A DNA stretch of 32,000 nucleotides from Planctopirus limnophila DSM 3776 (GTDB lineage: Bacteria; Planctomycetota; Planctomycetia; Planctomycetales; Planctomycetaceae), in contig NC_014148.1 in assembly GCF_000092105.1 (NCBI RefSeq), positions 2,280,001 to 2,312,000 of the forward strand, given 5' to 3'. The notes under the pieces were generated by a model. That model did no database searches. It saw only the letters and a program-made list of their open reading frames with translations, and was not told where the DNA came from. This document shows, in pieces, positions 31,020 to 32,000 of the stretch; positions within the stretch are counted from its first letter, which is position 1; the number at the start of each line of letters is the position of its first letter. The translations under genes and the position numbers were made by a program.

Positions 31020-32000
31020 ATGAGAATCTGGCGGAGTCATCTGGGTTCGACGACCTGGGTCTTTGAAGGTCTCGGTGAACTACTCGCCAAAGCCACCCCT
31101 CGCCGCTCAGGTGATGAACTGGCAGGTGTGGCTGCCCGCTCGGAAGAAGAGCGCGTTGCTGCCCGTATGGCACTGGCTGATGTTCGACTCTCCGACTTCC
31201 TGGAAGAGTCAATCATCGATCCCGAGATTGATGAGGTTTCTCGATTGATCATCGATGCTCATGATCCTGCGGCGTTCGATCCGATTCGCAGTCTCACAGT
31301 GGGTGAGTTTCGAGAATGGTTGCTCAAGTACGAAACCACTCCCGAGGTGCTCGCCAGTATTGCTGCTGGTATCACTCCGGAAATGGCGGCAGCCGTCAGC
31401 AAACTGATGCGTAATCAGGATCTGGTACTGGTTGGCAGCAAATGCCAGGTCGTTACAAAATTCCGCAATACGATCGGACTTCCCGGCAGGCTTTCCGTCC
31501 GCTTACAACCGAACCATCCCACAGATAATCTTCGAGGTATCGCTGCCTCAATTCTCGATGGCTTATGCTACGCCTGTGGCGACGCGGTGATCGGAATCAA
31601 TCCTGCATCTGATAACGTACCGCGAACGACAGAGTTGCTCAAACTCCTGTCTGACCTGATTGAGACACATGACATTCCGACGCAATCGTGCGTTCTCGCC
31701 CACGTCACCACCACGATGCAAGTGATGGAACAGCGGGCTCCTGTCGATCTCGTCTTCCAATCGATTGCAGGAACTGAACAGGCCAATCGCAGCTTCGGCG
31801 TTTCGTTGAAGATCCTCGATGAAGCGTGGCAAATGGCGAAAGAACTTCGCCGCGGGACGATTGGTAACAATGTCATGTACTTTGAAACGGGACAAGGTTC
31901 TTGTCTATCGGCAGGTGCCCACCATGGAATTGACCAGCAAACTCTCGAAGCGCGCGCCTATGCGGTCGCGCGTCGATACCAGCCGTTATTAGTCAATACC
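31020..32000 (+). CDS. eutB: Ethanolamine ammonia-lyase large subunit, 5' partial (continues past the window end)
   Basis: I translated this by hand because it is open at the window edge and absent from the ORF track. MRIW...ELLAKATPRRSGDELAGVAA, RLQPNHPTDN, GDAVIGINPASD, IPTQSCVLAHVTT and MYFETGQGS...LVNT align by eye with E. coli EutB from residue 1. The frame has 327 codons without a stop. Confidence 0.95.
   Translation, partial: MRIWRSHLGSTTWVFEGLGELLAKATPRRSGDELAGVAARSEEERVAARMALADVRLSDFLEESIIDPEIDEVSRLIIDAHDPAAFDPIRSLTVGEFREWLLKYETTPEVLASIAAGITPEMAAAVSKLMRNQDLVLVGSKCQVVTKFRNTIGLPGRLSVRLQPNHPTDNLRGIAASILDGLCYACGDAVIGINPASDNVPRTTELLKLLSDLIETHDIPTQSCVLAHVTTTMQVMEQRAPVDLVFQSIAGTEQANRSFGVSLKILDEAWQMAKELRRGTIGNNVMYFETGQGSCLSAGAHHGIDQQTLEARAYAVARRYQPLLVNT

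Overview
This 32 kb chromosomal segment has about 26 protein-coding genes on both strands. I found no rRNA or tRNA genes, CRISPR arrays, or transposase/integrase genes by eye. The prepilin-like DUF1559 / H-X9-DG protein, the many exported TPR/HEAT-type proteins and roughly 53-55% GC in housekeeping genes fit a Planctomycetota-type genome; this is an inference, not a database match. Most of the content is core metabolism and translation: two tandem SpoU/TrmH RNA 2'-O-methyltransferases, methionine aminopeptidase (map), ATP sulfurylase (sat), asd-lysA, purD, an FAH-family hydrolase, a PA0069-type radical SAM protein, an ArsR-family regulator, a Tet-like MFS pump and an M1 metallopeptidase. At the right edge sits an ethanolamine permease (eat) followed by the 5' part of eutB, which is open at the window end and therefore missing from the ORF track. 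The most interesting locus is 23.3-26.2 kb. There, a complete HSP90-family paralogue overlaps an all-helical TPR-like gene of unknown function by 14-35 nt, and the pair looks more AT-rich than its neighbours. I propose it as a candidate dedicated bacterial Hsp90 plus partner (co-chaperone-like) module; this is a hypothesis, not a demonstrated system. Other points are a 19-bp hairpin in the eat leader, a degenerate receiver-like module inside an exported HEAT-like protein, and an ArsR protein with a C-terminal vicinal Cys pair. ORF-track starts include TTG/GTG codons, and I re-picked several starts by signal-peptide logic, Shine-Dalgarno (SD) ribosome-binding sites or family N-termini. All family assignments come from motif recognition by eye, with no searches run.
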